A stretch of 64,000 nucleotides of DNA from Malacoraja senta (taxonomy: Eukaryota), in NCBI GenBank assembly GCA_038087875.1, contig CM075981.1:2418001-2482000 (forward strand). The letters are read 5' to 3'. This document shows, piece after piece, positions 1-12,990 of this stretch. Numbering within the stretch: the stretch's first letter is position 1; every line of letters begins with the position of its first letter. The translations under genes and the position numbers were made by a program. Below the pieces are notes generated by a model, which had not been told where the DNA came from, did not search any database, and saw nothing but the letters and a program-made list of their open reading frames with translations.

Positions 1-47
1 ACGTTCCATTTAGTTTATAGTCATGTGTACCGAGGTACAGTGAAAAG

Positions 48-179
48 CTCTCCCTCTCTACCCCCCCCCCCTCCTCCCGAGCCCTCCCTGCACAGTTGGG
101 GGCTATGTGTGAGTGGATAGGGCGGGGGAGGGGGGAAAAAGGAGCGAAATCATAATATTAATATAATATCAAGGAGGGG

Positions 180-216
<37 letters not shown>

Positions 217-293
217 TTGTGACGCCGCAGGCCCCCCCCCCCCGGCAACCGCGCGCTGAGGGGGCGGGACCCAACGGGTCCCACTTGGTCTAG
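48..293 (+). mobile_element. Non-autonomous Helitron-like element, 3' part
   Basis: Ends in hairpin GGGACCC-aac-GGGTCCC (266-282) followed by CTAG (290-293). The same terminus occurs on - at 37405 and 46814. Confidence 0.55.
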
Positions 294-305
294 CAATATA
301 TAAAG

Positions 306-1203
306 TTCAGTTTAGTTTATTGTCACGTGTATCGAGGTACAGTGAGAAGCTTTTGTTGCGTACTATCCAGTCAGCGGAAAGACAAGACATGATTACAATC
401 GAGCCGTCCACAGTGTACAGATACAGGATAAAGGGAATAACGTTTAGTGCAAGGTAAAGTCCGATCAAGGATAGTCCGAGGGTCACCAATGAGGTGGATA
501 GTAGTTCAGCGCTGCTCTCTGGTTGTGGTAGGATGGTTCAGTTGCCTGATAACAGCCGGGAAGAAACTGCCCCTGAATCTGGAGGTGTGTGTTTTCCCAC
601 TTCTGTCGAGGTCGAGGATGATGGTATATGTTCTGTTGTTTTTATGGACTCTCAGGTGGTTTATGAGTCCACTCCTGGTTTTGCAGCTCACAGAAGGAAG
701 ACACCCGTGCGTGTGTTTGCTTACCGTGTACTTGATGTTTCACTCCAAGAAGCGCCCGGTCCTTCACAACTCATTCCAATGGCAAGGGAACCAAGACGAG
801 TGGAGCTGATAGGTCTGTTGCAGCCTTCATCCGCCTTCACAGCAGTTGGGTACAAGATAACTTTGTCCGCCTGGTCCGCCGTTCAGGTCTTGTAGGTTGG
901 ATCGTTCTTAGTCTGGACCCTCATCCTCAACCTTCCCGCCATGGGTGGCCCCACCAGAAGCTGGTGCTTCCGACAGCATCGCTCTCTGAATCACTGGGTC
1001 ACGCAAACCTCTTCACCACGACCAGGTAACCGATCACACTTCTGTACCTCTTGCCCGATGGGAGAGGGGAGAAGAGGGAGTGGCCGGGGGTGAGACTGGT
1101 CCTTGATGATGCTGCTGGCCTTGCCGAGGCAGCGTGAGGTGTAGATGGAGTCGACGGAAGGGAGGTTGGTTTGTGTGACGGTCTGGGCTGCGTCCGCAAC
1201 TCC
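306..1203 (-). mobile_element. Rex1/Babar-like LINE 3' fragment interrupted by an RTE-like piece (~606-1000)
   Basis: ORF 999-1199 has the LFSPLPSGKRYRS motif of this family's RT C-terminus, and the (TAAAC)n-type tail lies near 306. The inserted piece resembles the repeat at 8775-9185. Confidence 0.55.
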
Positions 1204-1502
1204 TTGCGGTCTAGGAGTATATATAAATAGACAATAAATATATCAAATATATATAGACCTGACAGAAGTATATAAAATAAGAGAGGCCTTGATAAGGTAG
1301 ACAGTCACAACCTTTTTGTCCAGGATGGAAGTCAAAGACCAGAGGGCATAGCTGTGAGAGTTGAGTCAAGTCCGGAGCGCTTTATTGTCATATGTCCCCG
1401 ATCGGATAAACAATAACATTCTTTCTTGCAGCAACGTAACACGTTTGTAAAAAAACACCGTATTCAATGGATATTATAATAAACAGACAAAAAAGTTCAA
1501 TA

Positions 1503-1689
1503 NNNNNNNNNNNNNNNNNNNNNNNNNNNNNNNNNNNNNNNNNNNNNNNNNNNNNNNNNNNNNNNNNNNNNNNNNNNNNNNNNNNNNNNNNNNNNNNNNN
1601 NNNNNNNNNNNNNNNNNNNNNNNNNNNNNNNNNNNNNNNNNNNNNNNNNNNNNNNNNNNNNNNNNNNNNNNNNNNNNNNNNNNNNNNNN
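1503..1689. other. Assembly gap (187 N)
   Basis: Run of N. Confidence 1.
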
Positions 1690-1884
1690 TGCGGGGCAAA
1701 TTTGTTTACAGAGGTGCCTGGAACGCGCTGCCAGGGGTGGGGGTGGAGGCAGATACAATAGTGGTGTTTAAGAGGCTTTTGGACAGGCGCGTGGACATGC
1801 AGGGAATGGAGGGATACGGATCACGTGCAGGCAGAGGAGGTTAGTTCCACTTGTGATCATGTTCGGCACGGACATTGTGGGCTG

Positions 1885-2775
1885 AAGATAGACACAAAGT
1901 GCTGGAGTAATTCAGGGGGGCCGGCAGCATCTCTGGAGAGAAGGAATGGGTGACGCTTCGAAGATGGGTCTCGACCCGAAACGTCACCCATTCCTTCTCT
2001 CCCGAAACAGCACTGCTCGCTTTGTGCCTCCGTTAGAATGCAGAACATCTTCAACATCGAACATGGAATAGTCCAGAAGACGGAGACAAAATGCTGGGGA
2101 AACTCAGCGGGACAGGCAGCATCCCTGGAGAGAATAAATTACGTGACTCTGAAGACGTGTGCGTGAAGAAGAGTCTCGATCCGAAACGTCACCCGTTCCT
2201 TCTGTCCAGAGATGCTGCGTTACTCCAGTGTTTTGTGTCTATCTCCGGTGTCAACCAGCACCTGCAGACTGCGAGACCCTTCTTCAGACTGAGCGTCGGG
2301 GGAGAGGGAAACTGGGCTGAAGGGCCTGTTGCTGTTCTGTGCAGTTTTGCCGTCTTCTCCGCACAGTTCGCACTAACCATCCCGATCGCCCAGCACTTCC
2401 CCTCCCATTCCGTATCCGACCTTTCTGTCCTGGGTCTCCTCCATGGCCGGAGTGAGTCCCAGCGCAAATTGGAGGAGCAGCGCCTCATATTTCACTTGGG
2501 TAGTTTACACCCCAGCGGTATGAACATTGGTTTCTCCAATTTCAGGTAGTCCCTGCTTTCTCCCTCCTTCCCCTCCCCTCCCCAGCTCTCCCACAGCCCA
2601 CTGTCTCCGCCTCTTCCTTTCTTCCCGCCCCCACCCACCCCTCATCAGTCTGAAGAAGGGTCTCGACCCGAAACGTCACCTATACCATCTATCCATAGAT
2701 GCTGCCTCACCCGTGGAGTTTCTCCAGAATTTTTGTCTACCTTCGATGTTTTCCTGCATCTGCAGTTCCTTCTTA
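1885..2775. repeat. Cluster of Penelope-derived short dispersed repeats with CTGAAGAAGGGTCTCGACCCGAAACGTC core (dozens of copies across the window)
   Basis: Recurrent unit gacacaaagtgctggagtaactcagcggg...gggtgacgtttcgggtcgagacccttcttcag in both orientations. The family assignment is inferred from the terminal motif. Confidence 0.6.
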
Positions 2776-3149
2776 AACAGTATATCCTATTCTATCATCC
2801 GCGCAAGATGAGGTCGGTTGTCTGACCGACCTGCTTCTTCTCCCAGTCTTTTTTATCCCATTAGTGGAGCTGAATCTCTCTCTGAGTAGATTTGGCCTAA
2901 AATAGAATGATTGTGAAGCAGGATATTGTCTTTAGCTTTGCAACTTTAGCCACTGTTTATGTATCAGAAAATCATGCTCGTGGCATTCGAAAATCTGCTT
3001 GGATCCCTTCAAACCCTTCTTCAGATTTCGCACATTCTATAGATGCCTGTGGTTACAGAGGGCAGTGATATCATAAGTAATAGGAGTTGAACCAGGCCAT
3101 TAGGCCCATCAGGACTACCCTGTTTCCACACTGTATCACTATGACTCTA

Positions 3150-3700
3150 TCATAAGTGACAGGAGTTGAACCAGGCCATTCGGCCCATCAGGACTACCCT
3201 GTTTCCACACTGTATCACTATGACTCTATCATAAGTGATAGGAGTTGAACCAGGCCATTCGGCCCATCGGGACTACCCCGCCATTCAATCACGGCTGATC
3301 TATCCCTCCCTCCTAACCCCCTTCTCCTGCCTTCTCCCCATAACCCCTGACGCCCGCGCAAATCGAGAATCTGTCTTATCTCTGCCTTAAAATTATCCAC
3401 TGACTTGGCCTCCACAGCCTTCCGTGGCAATGAATTCCACAGATTCACCACCCTCTGACTAAAGAAATTCCTTCCTAAAAGAACGTCCTTTAATTCCGAG
3501 GCTGTGCCCTCTGGTCCTAGACTCTCCCACTAGTGGAAACATCCTCTCCACATCCACTCTATCCAAGCCTTTCACTATTCTGTACTTTTCAATGAGGTCC
3601 CCCCCTCATTCTTCTGAACTCCAGCGAGTACAGGCCCAGTGCTGTCCCCCCTCATTCTTCTAAACTCCAGCGAGTACAGGCCCAGTGGTGTCTAAAGCTC
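3150..3700 (-). mobile_element. CR1 LINE 3' fragment
   Basis: Translation VNLWNSLPRKAVEAKSVD... matches the CR1 ORF2 C-terminus seen at 60582-61196. Confidence 0.8.
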
Positions 3701-3710
3701 TTATATGTTA

Positions 3711-3914
3711 AGGGCCGGTCCCACTTTCACGACCTAATTCGCGACCTTTTTTTACTCGACATTTTTCATCGTGCTAGAAAAATGCCCCGACCTACATGAT
3801 GCCACGAGTACCTACGAACTAGCATCACGACCTACCTACGACCTCGTGACGACCATGCTGCGAGATTGAGTCAAGGGCAAACACGGCAGAGGTTGTGAAA
3901 GTGGGACAGGCCCT
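3711..3914. mobile_element. PIF/Harbinger-like MITE
   Basis: TIRs AGGGCCGGTCCCACTTTCACGACC / GGTTGTGAAAGTGGGACAGGCCCT, with flanks tta/tga (degenerate 3-bp TSD). Confidence 0.75.
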
Positions 3915-4299
3915 TGATCCTGCTCATTCCTGGGATGCAGTGTTCAAGAGGCGGACGATTGCTGGGAAGATATTGAGTAATTTTGTGCCTAAGTTCATAA
4001 GTGATAGTAGAATTGGGCCATTCGGCCCATCCAGTCTACTCCGCCATTCAGTCATTCACGGCTGATCTATCTCTCCCTCCTAACCCTAATGTGTATTTAA
4101 CTTTGGGTTGTTTGAACAGACTAAATCCTGGCTCTCATTTTGAATGATTTTAGCTTTGGTCTCGATAGCGCTGCGTGTTCCCAATGGACTTTAACGTGCG
4201 TGATAATTGGCCGGGCGTGAAAGATGGAGCGAGATGACAGGGTGACAATCTGTCACGGAAATGTGTATCGAATATAACACGGAACATAGAACTGGGGGC

Positions 4300-4571
4300 T
4301 TTAGAGATACCGCGCGGTAAACAGGCCCTTCGGCCCACCGAGTCCGCGCCGACCAGCGATCCCCGCACACCAACACTGTCCTACACACACTGGGGACATT
4401 TTTACATTTACGCCAAGCCAATTAACCTGCAAACCTGCACGTCTTTGGAGTGCGGGAGGAAACCGAAATTCTCGGACAAACCCCACGCAGGTCACGGGGA
4501 GAACGTACAGCCGGGATCGAACCCGGGTCTCTGCCGCTGTAAGGCAGCAACTCTACCGCTGCGCCACCGCG
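4300..4571 (-). mobile_element. HE1-type tRNA-derived SINE (representative; more than 15 copies, e.g. 10368-10668, 24090-24398, 36955-37250, 50780-51085)
   Basis: tRNA-like head GGTGGCGCAGCGGTAGAGTTGCTGCC...GGTTCGATCC, a conserved central core and a (CTAAA)n tail. Confidence 0.8.
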
Positions 4572-7199
4572 TTTAAACAAAAAAAAAAGATGACCTGTAC
4601 GCAGCGGAAACACATTTATCGTTTTTTGTTTTAATTTTGTTTGCCCTCATTTGGGTTTTAGGAAGTTACTACTTTAAAAAAAAAAAAATTGCTCCTCAAT
4701 GTGAAATGTACCTTTATTAGGTATGAACTGTCGACATGGAGTAGTCTGGCTTTCATCTCTTGCAGTGTTTAACAAAACATGGCTTCATTGATTTGGAGAT
4801 TTAATGGAAATAAATAATTTGCTGTCAGCTGATGTTCCCGTTTGCCTTGGTGATTAGTTTTAGTTCATTCTTATTGCCACATGAACCGAGGTACAGTGAA
4901 AAGCTTTTGTGTGCCTGCTATCCAGTCAAAGGAAAGACAAGGTGGGCACAAAATGCTGGAGTAACTCAGCGGGTGAGGCAGCATCTCTGGAGAGAATGAA
5001 TCTTTCTCACCTACAAAGGTGCTGCCTCGCCCGCTGAGTTACTCCGGCATTTTGTGTTCACCTTCGATTTAAACCAGCATCTGCAGTTCTTTCTTACATA
5101 CAAAGAAAAGACTTGAACATACACGTGAGTATAGAAATTGGGAGATCATGTTACAGTTATGTAGGATGTTGATGAGGTCACATTCAGAGTCTTGTTTTCA
5201 GTATTGGTCACCATGCTATTGGAAAGTTGTCCAGTTTTTTTTTTAGATTAGAGATACAGCGTGGAAACAGGCCCCACGGCCTGAGTCCGCACCGACCAGC
5301 GATCCCCGCTACCCTGCACACGTTAAAGACAAAAGACAATAGGTGCAGGAGTTGGCCATTCGGCCCTTCGAGCCGGCACCGCCATTCGTTGTGATCATGG
5401 CTGATCATCCACAATCAGTACCCCGTTCCTGCCTTCCTCCCCCCCATATCCTCTGACTCCTCTATTTTTAAGAGCCCTATCTAGCTCTCTTTTGAAAGTA
5501 TCCAGAGAACCTGCCTCCACTGCCCTCTGAAGCAGAGAATTCCACAGACTCACAACTCTCTGTGTGAAAAAGTGTTTCCTCGTCTCCGTTCTAAATGGCT
5601 TACCCCTTATTCTTAAACTGTGTCCCCAGACAATTTGCATTTTATACCAGGCCAATAAAACCTACAAACCTGTACGTCTTTCGAGTGCGGGATGAAACCG
5701 GGCATATCGGAGAAATCCCAAAACCATTGGGTGTCTCCAGGGTTGGAGGACGCCTGTGCGTGACTTTGTTTAAGGTGGGGAGACTGGTGCGCAGACAATA
5801 GCAGGTCACGGGGAGAAGGTACAAACTCCGTACAGGCAGCACCCGTGGTCAGGATCGAACCCGAGGTCTCTGGCGCCGTGAGGCAGCAGCTCTACCCGCT
5901 GCACCACCGTGCCGCCCTTTGTTGCTATGGACGCTGCTCCTGGAAGGGGAAGATCTTAATGGTATCTGTCCTTCTCCCTTGAGGAACAAGCGTCCGATGC
6001 TGCCGGTTTGCTCGTCGTGTGTAGGAGTCCCTGATCGCTCAGCAGGATCGCGAGCTCAGAATGAATAAATAATAGTTTGGCATATTGGCTGTGAGACGAG
6101 AGTTGGCCAAGAGTAACACAAACCACCTTGCCATCGTATTACGGAAAGTAGGCTTGGCATTCTTTGCCAAAAACACCCACGTCCCATTAATTATACAGAG
6201 TCACCCTTCATTGTCCCTGAACAATAGATCGAGGAACTGCTTTGTCCTGAGTCACTTTGGAGAGGGCGAGAAAACGCGGGGCCGTTTCTTATGTCCGAAA
6301 GCAGACAAAAAATGGCTTTGTCTGCACTGGGCCTGCCCTCGCTGGAGTTTAGAAGGATGAGGGGGTGGACCTCATTGAAACTTGCCGAATAGTGAAAGGC
6401 CTGGATAGAGTGGTTGTGGAGAGGATGTTTCCACCAGTGGGAGAGTCTAGGACTAGAGGACACAGCCACAGAATTAAAGGACGTTCCTTCAGAAAGGAGG
6501 TGGGGAGGAATGTTTTTAGTCAGAGGGTGGTGAATCTGTGGAATTCATTGCCACAGACGGCTGTGGAGGCCAAGTCAGTGGATATTTTAAAGGCATGGAA
6601 TGATCGATTCTTATTTAGTACGGGTGTTGGGGATTTATGGGGAGAAGGCAGGAGAATGGGGTAGAGAGGGAGAGAGAGATCAGCCATGATTGAAAGTACA
6701 CAAAAATGCTGGAGAAACTCAGCGGGTGCAGCAGCATCTATGGAGCGAAGGAAACAGGCAACGTTTCGGGCCTAAACCCTGAAGGAAATAGGCAACGTTT
6801 CGGGACGAAACCCGGAAGGGTTTCGGGACGAAACGTTGCCTATTTCCTTCGCTCCATAGATGCTGCTGCACCCGCTGAGTTTCTCCAGCAGGTACACAAA
6901 AATGCTGGAGAAACTCAGCGGGTGCAGCAGCATCTATGGAGCGAAGGAAATAGGCAACGTTTCGGGCCGAAACCCTTCTCTAACCAGCCATGATTGAAAG
7001 GTGGAGTAGACTTGATGGGCCGAATGGCCTAATTCTGCTTCTACAACGTGGGCAGGTGATGTGCGTCTCTGAATGTGACCGTGGGAACAGTCTGTGAATC
7101 AGAGAATCCCCAGTTAGGGGGCTGTTTGCCATGTGTCTGAGCAACATCACCTGTCCATTCTTTCCACAGATCCTGTCTGTATAAAGCCATGACAATAGT

Positions 7200-7890
7200 T
7201 GCAGGAGTAGGCCATTCGGCCATTCGGCCCTTCGAGCCAGCACCGCCATTCAATGTGATCATGGCTGATCATCCCCAATCAGTACCCCGTTCCTGCCTTC
7301 TCCCCATATCCCCTGACTCCGCTATCTTTAAGAGCTCTATTTAACTCTCTCTTGAAAGCATCCAAAGAACCGGCCTCCACCACCCTCTGAGGCAGAGAAT
7401 TCCATAGACTCACAACTCTCTGTGTGAAAAAGTGTTTCCTCATCTCCATTCTAAATGGCTTACCCCTTATTCTTAAACTGTGGCCCCTGGTTCTGGACTC
7501 CCCCAACATCGGGAACATGTTTCCTGCTTCTAGCGTGTCCAAACCCTTAATAATCTTATATGTTTGAATAAGATCTCCTCTCATCCTTCTAAATTCCAGT
7601 GAATACAAGCCCAGCCGCTCCATTCTTTCAACATACGACAGTCCCGCCATCCCGGGAATTAACCTGGTGAACCTACGCTGCACTCCCTCAATAGCAAGAA
7701 TGTCCTTCCTCAAATTTGGAGACCAAAACTGCACACAATACTCCAGGTGTGGTCTCACTAGGGCTCTGTACAACAGCAGAAGGACCTCTTTGCTCCTATA
7801 CTCAACTCCTCTTGTTATGAAGGCCAACATGCCGTTCGCTTTCTTCGCTACCTGCTGTACCTGCATGCTTACTTTCATAGACTGCTGAAC
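7200..7890 (-). mobile_element. CR1 LINE 3' fragment (RT C-terminus)
   Basis: ORF 7279-7995: KKANGMLAFI...RPHLEYCVQFWSP...FFTQRVVSLWNSLP. Confidence 0.9.
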
Positions 7891-8112
7891 AAGTAGGATA
7901 AATGCAATGGCCTGAGCTACAGGGAGAGGTTGGGCCAGCTTGGACTTTATTCCTTGGAGCGCAGCGGCAGGAATTGTGATCATATAGAGGGGCATAAAAT
8001 CATGAGGGGAATAGATTGGGTGAACGCACCGAGTCTTTTACTCAGAGGAGGGCAATCACGAACCAGAGGGCATAGCATTTATGGTGAGAGGGGAAAGATA
8101 TAATAGGAACCT

Positions 8113-8562
8113 GTGGGTGAAGAAAGACTGGATAGACTCGGCTTGTACTCGCTAGAATTTAGAAGATTGAGGGGGGATCTTATAGAAACTTACAAAATTC
8201 TTACGGGGTTGGACAGGCTAGATGCAGGAAGATTGTTCCCGATGTTGGGGAAGTCCAGAACAAGGGGTCACAGTTTAAGGATAAGGGGGAAGTCTTTTAG
8301 GATCGAGATGAGAAAAACATTTTTCACACAGAGAGTGGTGAATCTGTGGAATTCTCTGCCACAGAAGGTAGTTGAGGCCAGTTCATTGGCTATATTTAAG
8401 AGGGAGTTAGATGTGGCCCTTGTGGCTAAAGGGATCAGGGGGTATGGAGAGAAGGCAGGTACAGGATACTGAGTTGGATGATCAGCCATGATCATATTGA
8501 ATGGCGGTGCAGGCTCGAAGAGCCGAATGGCCTACTCCTGCACCTATTGTCTATGTTTCTAT
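8113..8562 (+). mobile_element. CR1 LINE 3' fragment, young subfamily
   Basis: Nearly identical to 60840-61296; (TTCTATG)n-type tail. Confidence 0.9.
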
Positions 8563-8774
8563 GTGGGGACAACATATAAAACCTATGATCTCAAATCTTC
8601 GGCAGCTTTGTCATGAGAGATATTTCTTATTCTGTGTGCTCCCATTTCTCAAAGATGTGCGGATTTGTGGGTTAATTGGGCTCTGTAAAATCCTCCTGGT
8701 GTACAGGGAGTGGATGAGAAAGTGGGATAATGTGTGTGAACTTGATGGTCAGCATGGACTCAGTGGGCTGAAGG

Positions 8775-9185
8775 GACTCCTTAGCACCCTTCGGTCATGG
8801 CTGACCATGGGTGTCTCCAGGGTTGGAGGACGCCTGTGCATGACTTTGTTTAACATGGGGAGACTGGTGCACAGACAGCCACCCCACGGTCCTTGACAGA
8901 TCTGGGTCAGGATCCAGTGGCATGGAGTCCAAGACGACCGGAGACCATTTTCTGCTGCAGCCTTCCCAGCCGTTGTGACGCTCCACTAAGGTCAGCCATC
9001 ATCCTCCGCCTGTTCCACCGTTGAGGTCTTGGTTGGATTGCTCTTTGTCAGCCATCATCCTCCCCCTCGACCTTACCGCCATGGGTGGCCCTACCAGGAG
9101 CATAGCTCCAGACGGCATCGCTCTCAGTATCTCAGGTCCACACAAGCTTCTCCACCACCACAAGGTGACAATCCACGGACTATCT
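8775..9185 (-). mobile_element. RTE-like LINE-derived fragment
   Basis: Shares sequence with 5725-5800 and 900-1000. The RTE assignment rests on resemblance only. Confidence 0.4.
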
Positions 9186-9419
9186 TCCAATCAATTAAGA
9201 AGAGACTTGAGGAAAAAATAATGCACCGGTTTAAATAATCACCATTACTGCAACTGTTGAAACACAAAACTGCAGATGCTGGTTTACATATTTAGAGTTT
9301 CGTCCCCCAAATATCACCCATCCTTTTCCCGCACGGATGCTGCCTGACCTGCTGAGTTACTCCAGCACTCTGTGTCCATCTTTGGTATAAAGCAACATCT
9401 GCAGTTCCATCCGACACAC

Positions 9420-10210
9420 AGGTTTACAAAATGCCGGAGTAACTCAGCGGGTCAGGCAGCATCTGTGGGGAACATGGATAGGTGACGTTTCACAGAGTGC
9501 TGGAGTAACTCAGCGGGTCAGGCAGCATCTGTGGAGAACGTGGGATAGGTGACGTTTCACAGAGTGCTGGAGTAACTCAGCGGGTCAGGCAGCATCTGTG
9601 GAGCGAAGGAAATGGGCAACCTTTCGGGCCGAAACCCTGAAGGAAATAGGCAACGTTTCGGCCCGAAACCCTTCCGGGGTTTCGGCCCGAAACGTTGCCT
9701 ATTTCCTTCGCTCCATAGATGCTGCCGCACCCGCTGAGTTTCTCCAGCATTTTGGTCTACCTTATCATTTATAGTGTGGTTCCGTATAGCTTACAAAGCA
9801 CAGAAGTACACTGTGCCAGAGTAACTCAGCGGGTCAGGCAGCATCTGTGGAGAACATGGATAGGTGACGTTTCACACAGAGTGCTGGAGTAACTCAGCGG
9901 GTCAGGCAGCATCTGTGGAGAACGTGGATAGGTGACGTTTCACAGAGTGCTGGAGTAACTCAGCGGGTCAGGCAGCATCTGTGGAGAACGTGGATAGGTG
10001 ACGTTTCACAGAGTGCTGGAGTAACTCAGCGGGTCGGGCAGCATCTGTGGAGAACATGGATAGGTGACGTTTCACAGAGTGCTGGAGTAACTCAGCGGGT
10101 CAGGCAGCATCTGTGGAGAACATGGATAGGTGACGTTTCACAGAGTGCTGGAGTAACTCAGCGGGTCAGGCAGCATCTGTGGAGAACATGGATAGGTGAC
10201 GTTTCGGGTC
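9420..10210 (+). repeat. Composite repeat with 66-bp tandem arrays, copy 1
   Basis: Unit cacagagtgctggagtaactcagcgggtcaggcagcatctgtggagaacatggataggtgacgttt flanks a palindromic core and a shared spacer; 6 units in the right array. Confidence 0.85.
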
Positions 10211-12390
10211 AGGATTCTTCTTCAATCAGCGTTTTGTATGTTTGTCAATGTTTGGTTTAAATGTACTGCGATGAAAAAAATCTGTTTACAAGCTTGACCT
10301 TTGCAGATTGGTTACTCCCCAAGTAGGGAGAACCATTAACTATCGGAGCTAACCATTCCATAACTTTACTTTAGAGATACAGCGCGGAAACAGGCCCTTC
10401 GTCCCCCCCCGTGACCGCGCCGACCAGCGACCCCGCACACCATCGCTGTCCTACACGCACACTAGGGGCAATTTACAATTTTTACCGAAGCCAAATAACC
10501 TACAAACCCGCACGTCTTTGGAGTGTGGGAGGAAACCGGAGCACCCGGAGAAAACCCACGCAGGTCACGGGGAGAACGTGCAAACTCCGAACAGACAGCG
10601 CCCGTTGTTAGGATCGAACCCGGGTCTCTGGCGCTGTGAGGCAGCAGCTCTACCGCTGCTCCACCGTGCAGTCCCTAACTCTAGATTCAGGTTCTTTAAA
10701 AGCTTACACATTACTAGATGCTTGTATTGGTGGGAGAGGTTAAAGTCGTATGCCTCGCCACAGGCATTGAGAGCTTTTCTGTCCATTTTGCCAGAAGGGA
10801 AATTAGACTCTGTTCCCTTGCCACAGCTTGGAAGTGAAACCATTATCTAGAACGGGGGTGTGGGGATAATGTTCGTGTTGGAATGCCGCATTAAGTTAGC
10901 TGTAATCTAATAAGGCCGCATCCAAGAATATTCAATTAGATATACTTCACGACATTTATCTTGAAAGTTGTTGAAGAAATCTATTCCTCATGTTCTACCC
11001 TTAAGAGATGCCCAAAGCGAGTAACTCTTCGTGGCAATAAAATAGCCCTCATGACTTACTAATGTTTTAATTGTGGCCGTCAGTCGGAGAGGATTATACC
11101 GTTGAATCTTCTTTTACTCTTTGGTATTTTAAATACGTTCATTTTAAGATTAAAATTAAAATAATAAAAGACGTACAAAGACGTATAAATAAAAATAAAA
11201 GGATTTGTTCTACAAAATTTGGATTTATTCGAAAGGCCGCACTTAGTGGCCTAGAAGGCCGCATGCAGCCTTAAGGCCTCAGGTTCCCCACCCCTGATCC
11301 ATACTTTGCCCAGAGAGTGTCTTAATGATTCTAAGATGTATCGTTCTTCCAATGTTGGTGGACACCAGAACAAGGGGGTCACACACACAGTTTAAGAATA
11401 AGGGGTCGGCCATTTAGGACTGAGATGAGGAAAAACCTTTTCAGCCAGAGAGTTGTGAATCTGTGGAATTCTCTGCCACAGAAGGCAGTGGAGGCCGATT
11501 CACTGGATGTTTTCAAGAGAGAGTTAGATTTAGCTCTTAGGGGTAGCGGAATCAATAGACAATAGACAATTGTTTACACTTATACCAAGCCAGATAACCT
11601 ACAAACCTGTGCGTCTTTGGAGTGTGGGAGGAAACCGGAGCGCCCGGGGAAAACCCACGTATGTACAAACTCCGTACAGACAGCACCCGAGGTCAGGATC
11701 GAACCAGGGTTCTATCGAGGCAGCGGTTCTACCCACTGCGCCAGTGTATTGCACGCAGTTGTGGTCACGTCATTACAGGAGGGACTTGGATCCTTGAGAG
11801 AAGAGGTTTACCAGCATGCTGCCTGGATTAGAGGGAATTAGCTAGCCGTGCGAGGTTGGACAAGCTTGGATTGTTTTCTCCAGAGCGTGGCAGGTTGAAG
11901 GGGGGAGGTATCTGATATTCGCATAGATAAGGTCAGAACCTGTTTTTCCCACCGTTGTGTTGAGATGCCAGAGCCAAGAGAGCAAACCTGTACCGTGACC
12001 CGAGGAAAGATGAAAGAAGATAGACACAAAAAGCTGGAGTGACTCGGCTGGGACAGGCAGCATCTCTGGGTGACGTTTCGGGTCGAGGCCCCTTCTTCGG
12101 ACCCGAAACGCCACCTATTTCCTTCGCTCCATAGATGCTGCCTCACCCGCTGAGTTTCTCCAGCAATTTTTGTCTACCTTCGTTTTTTTCCAGCATCTGC
12201 AGTTCTTTCTTCAATATGATCATGGGAGACCATCCAAAATCAGTAAGCACCCCGTTCTTGTTTTCTCCCCACACCCCTTGATTCTGTTATGGAGAACGTG
12301 CAAACTCCGCACAGACAGCACCCGTCGTCGGGATGGAACCCGGGTCGCTGGCGCTGTGAGGCAGCAACTCTACCGCGCCACCACTATGGT

Positions 12391-12990
12391 AGAGGCTCTG
12401 TCTTACCTGTTTGCGGTCATCGGCGGTGAAGCACGGCGTCGCCGGTAGCGGGGACCGCACGGCAACGGCGAGAGCGCCGAGCCTATCCACTGGAGCGCCG
12501 CACGGATGCTGCGCGGGGGCCGAGTAATTCAAATACGGCGGGTCCCACGTGCTTGCGTTAAGTAAAAAAAAGGGCGGGCCGACTGCGATGACGTCGGCCC
12601 GCTGCACGTGACTCACTAGCGGCGGCCATCCTGATCGCGGCGCTGTAGCGGTGGCTGTGCCTGCGGCCGTGCCGCACACGTGCCTCACTGGCGGAGGCAC
12701 GTGCCTCACAGGCGGAGGCGGAGGCTGTGGCAGTGGAGGTTTGACGCACGGCGCTCGAGCCACACTGGCGGCGGCCCGTGCGGGCGGCCGTGCCGCACTC
12801 GTGCATCACTGGTGGAGGTTGTGCGGTAAGAATATAGTTTTAAACAGTGTAGGTTTTATTTTAGCACCGTGCGGTGTTGGGAACACCACCGCACGGCCCC
12901 GGAATTGTGCGTTCTCACGAGTGCGCGGTCTATGGTGGCAGATTCTTCCCGTTTCGCCGCCAATGACCGCAGACTCGTGAGACAGGCCTT
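12391..12990. mobile_element. GC-rich Harbinger-like MITE (~600 bp)
   Basis: Left end agaggctctgtcttacctgtttgcggtcatcggcgg is an imperfect inverted repeat of right end ccgccaatgaccgcagactcgtgagacaggcctt, which is followed by tta. Confidence 0.6.

Noticed and set aside
12391-12990. Bidirectional CpG-island promoter of host genes
   Set aside because: The region is bounded by transposon-like TIRs, and the minus-strand donor lies inside the left TIR. Kept only as a possible exaptation.
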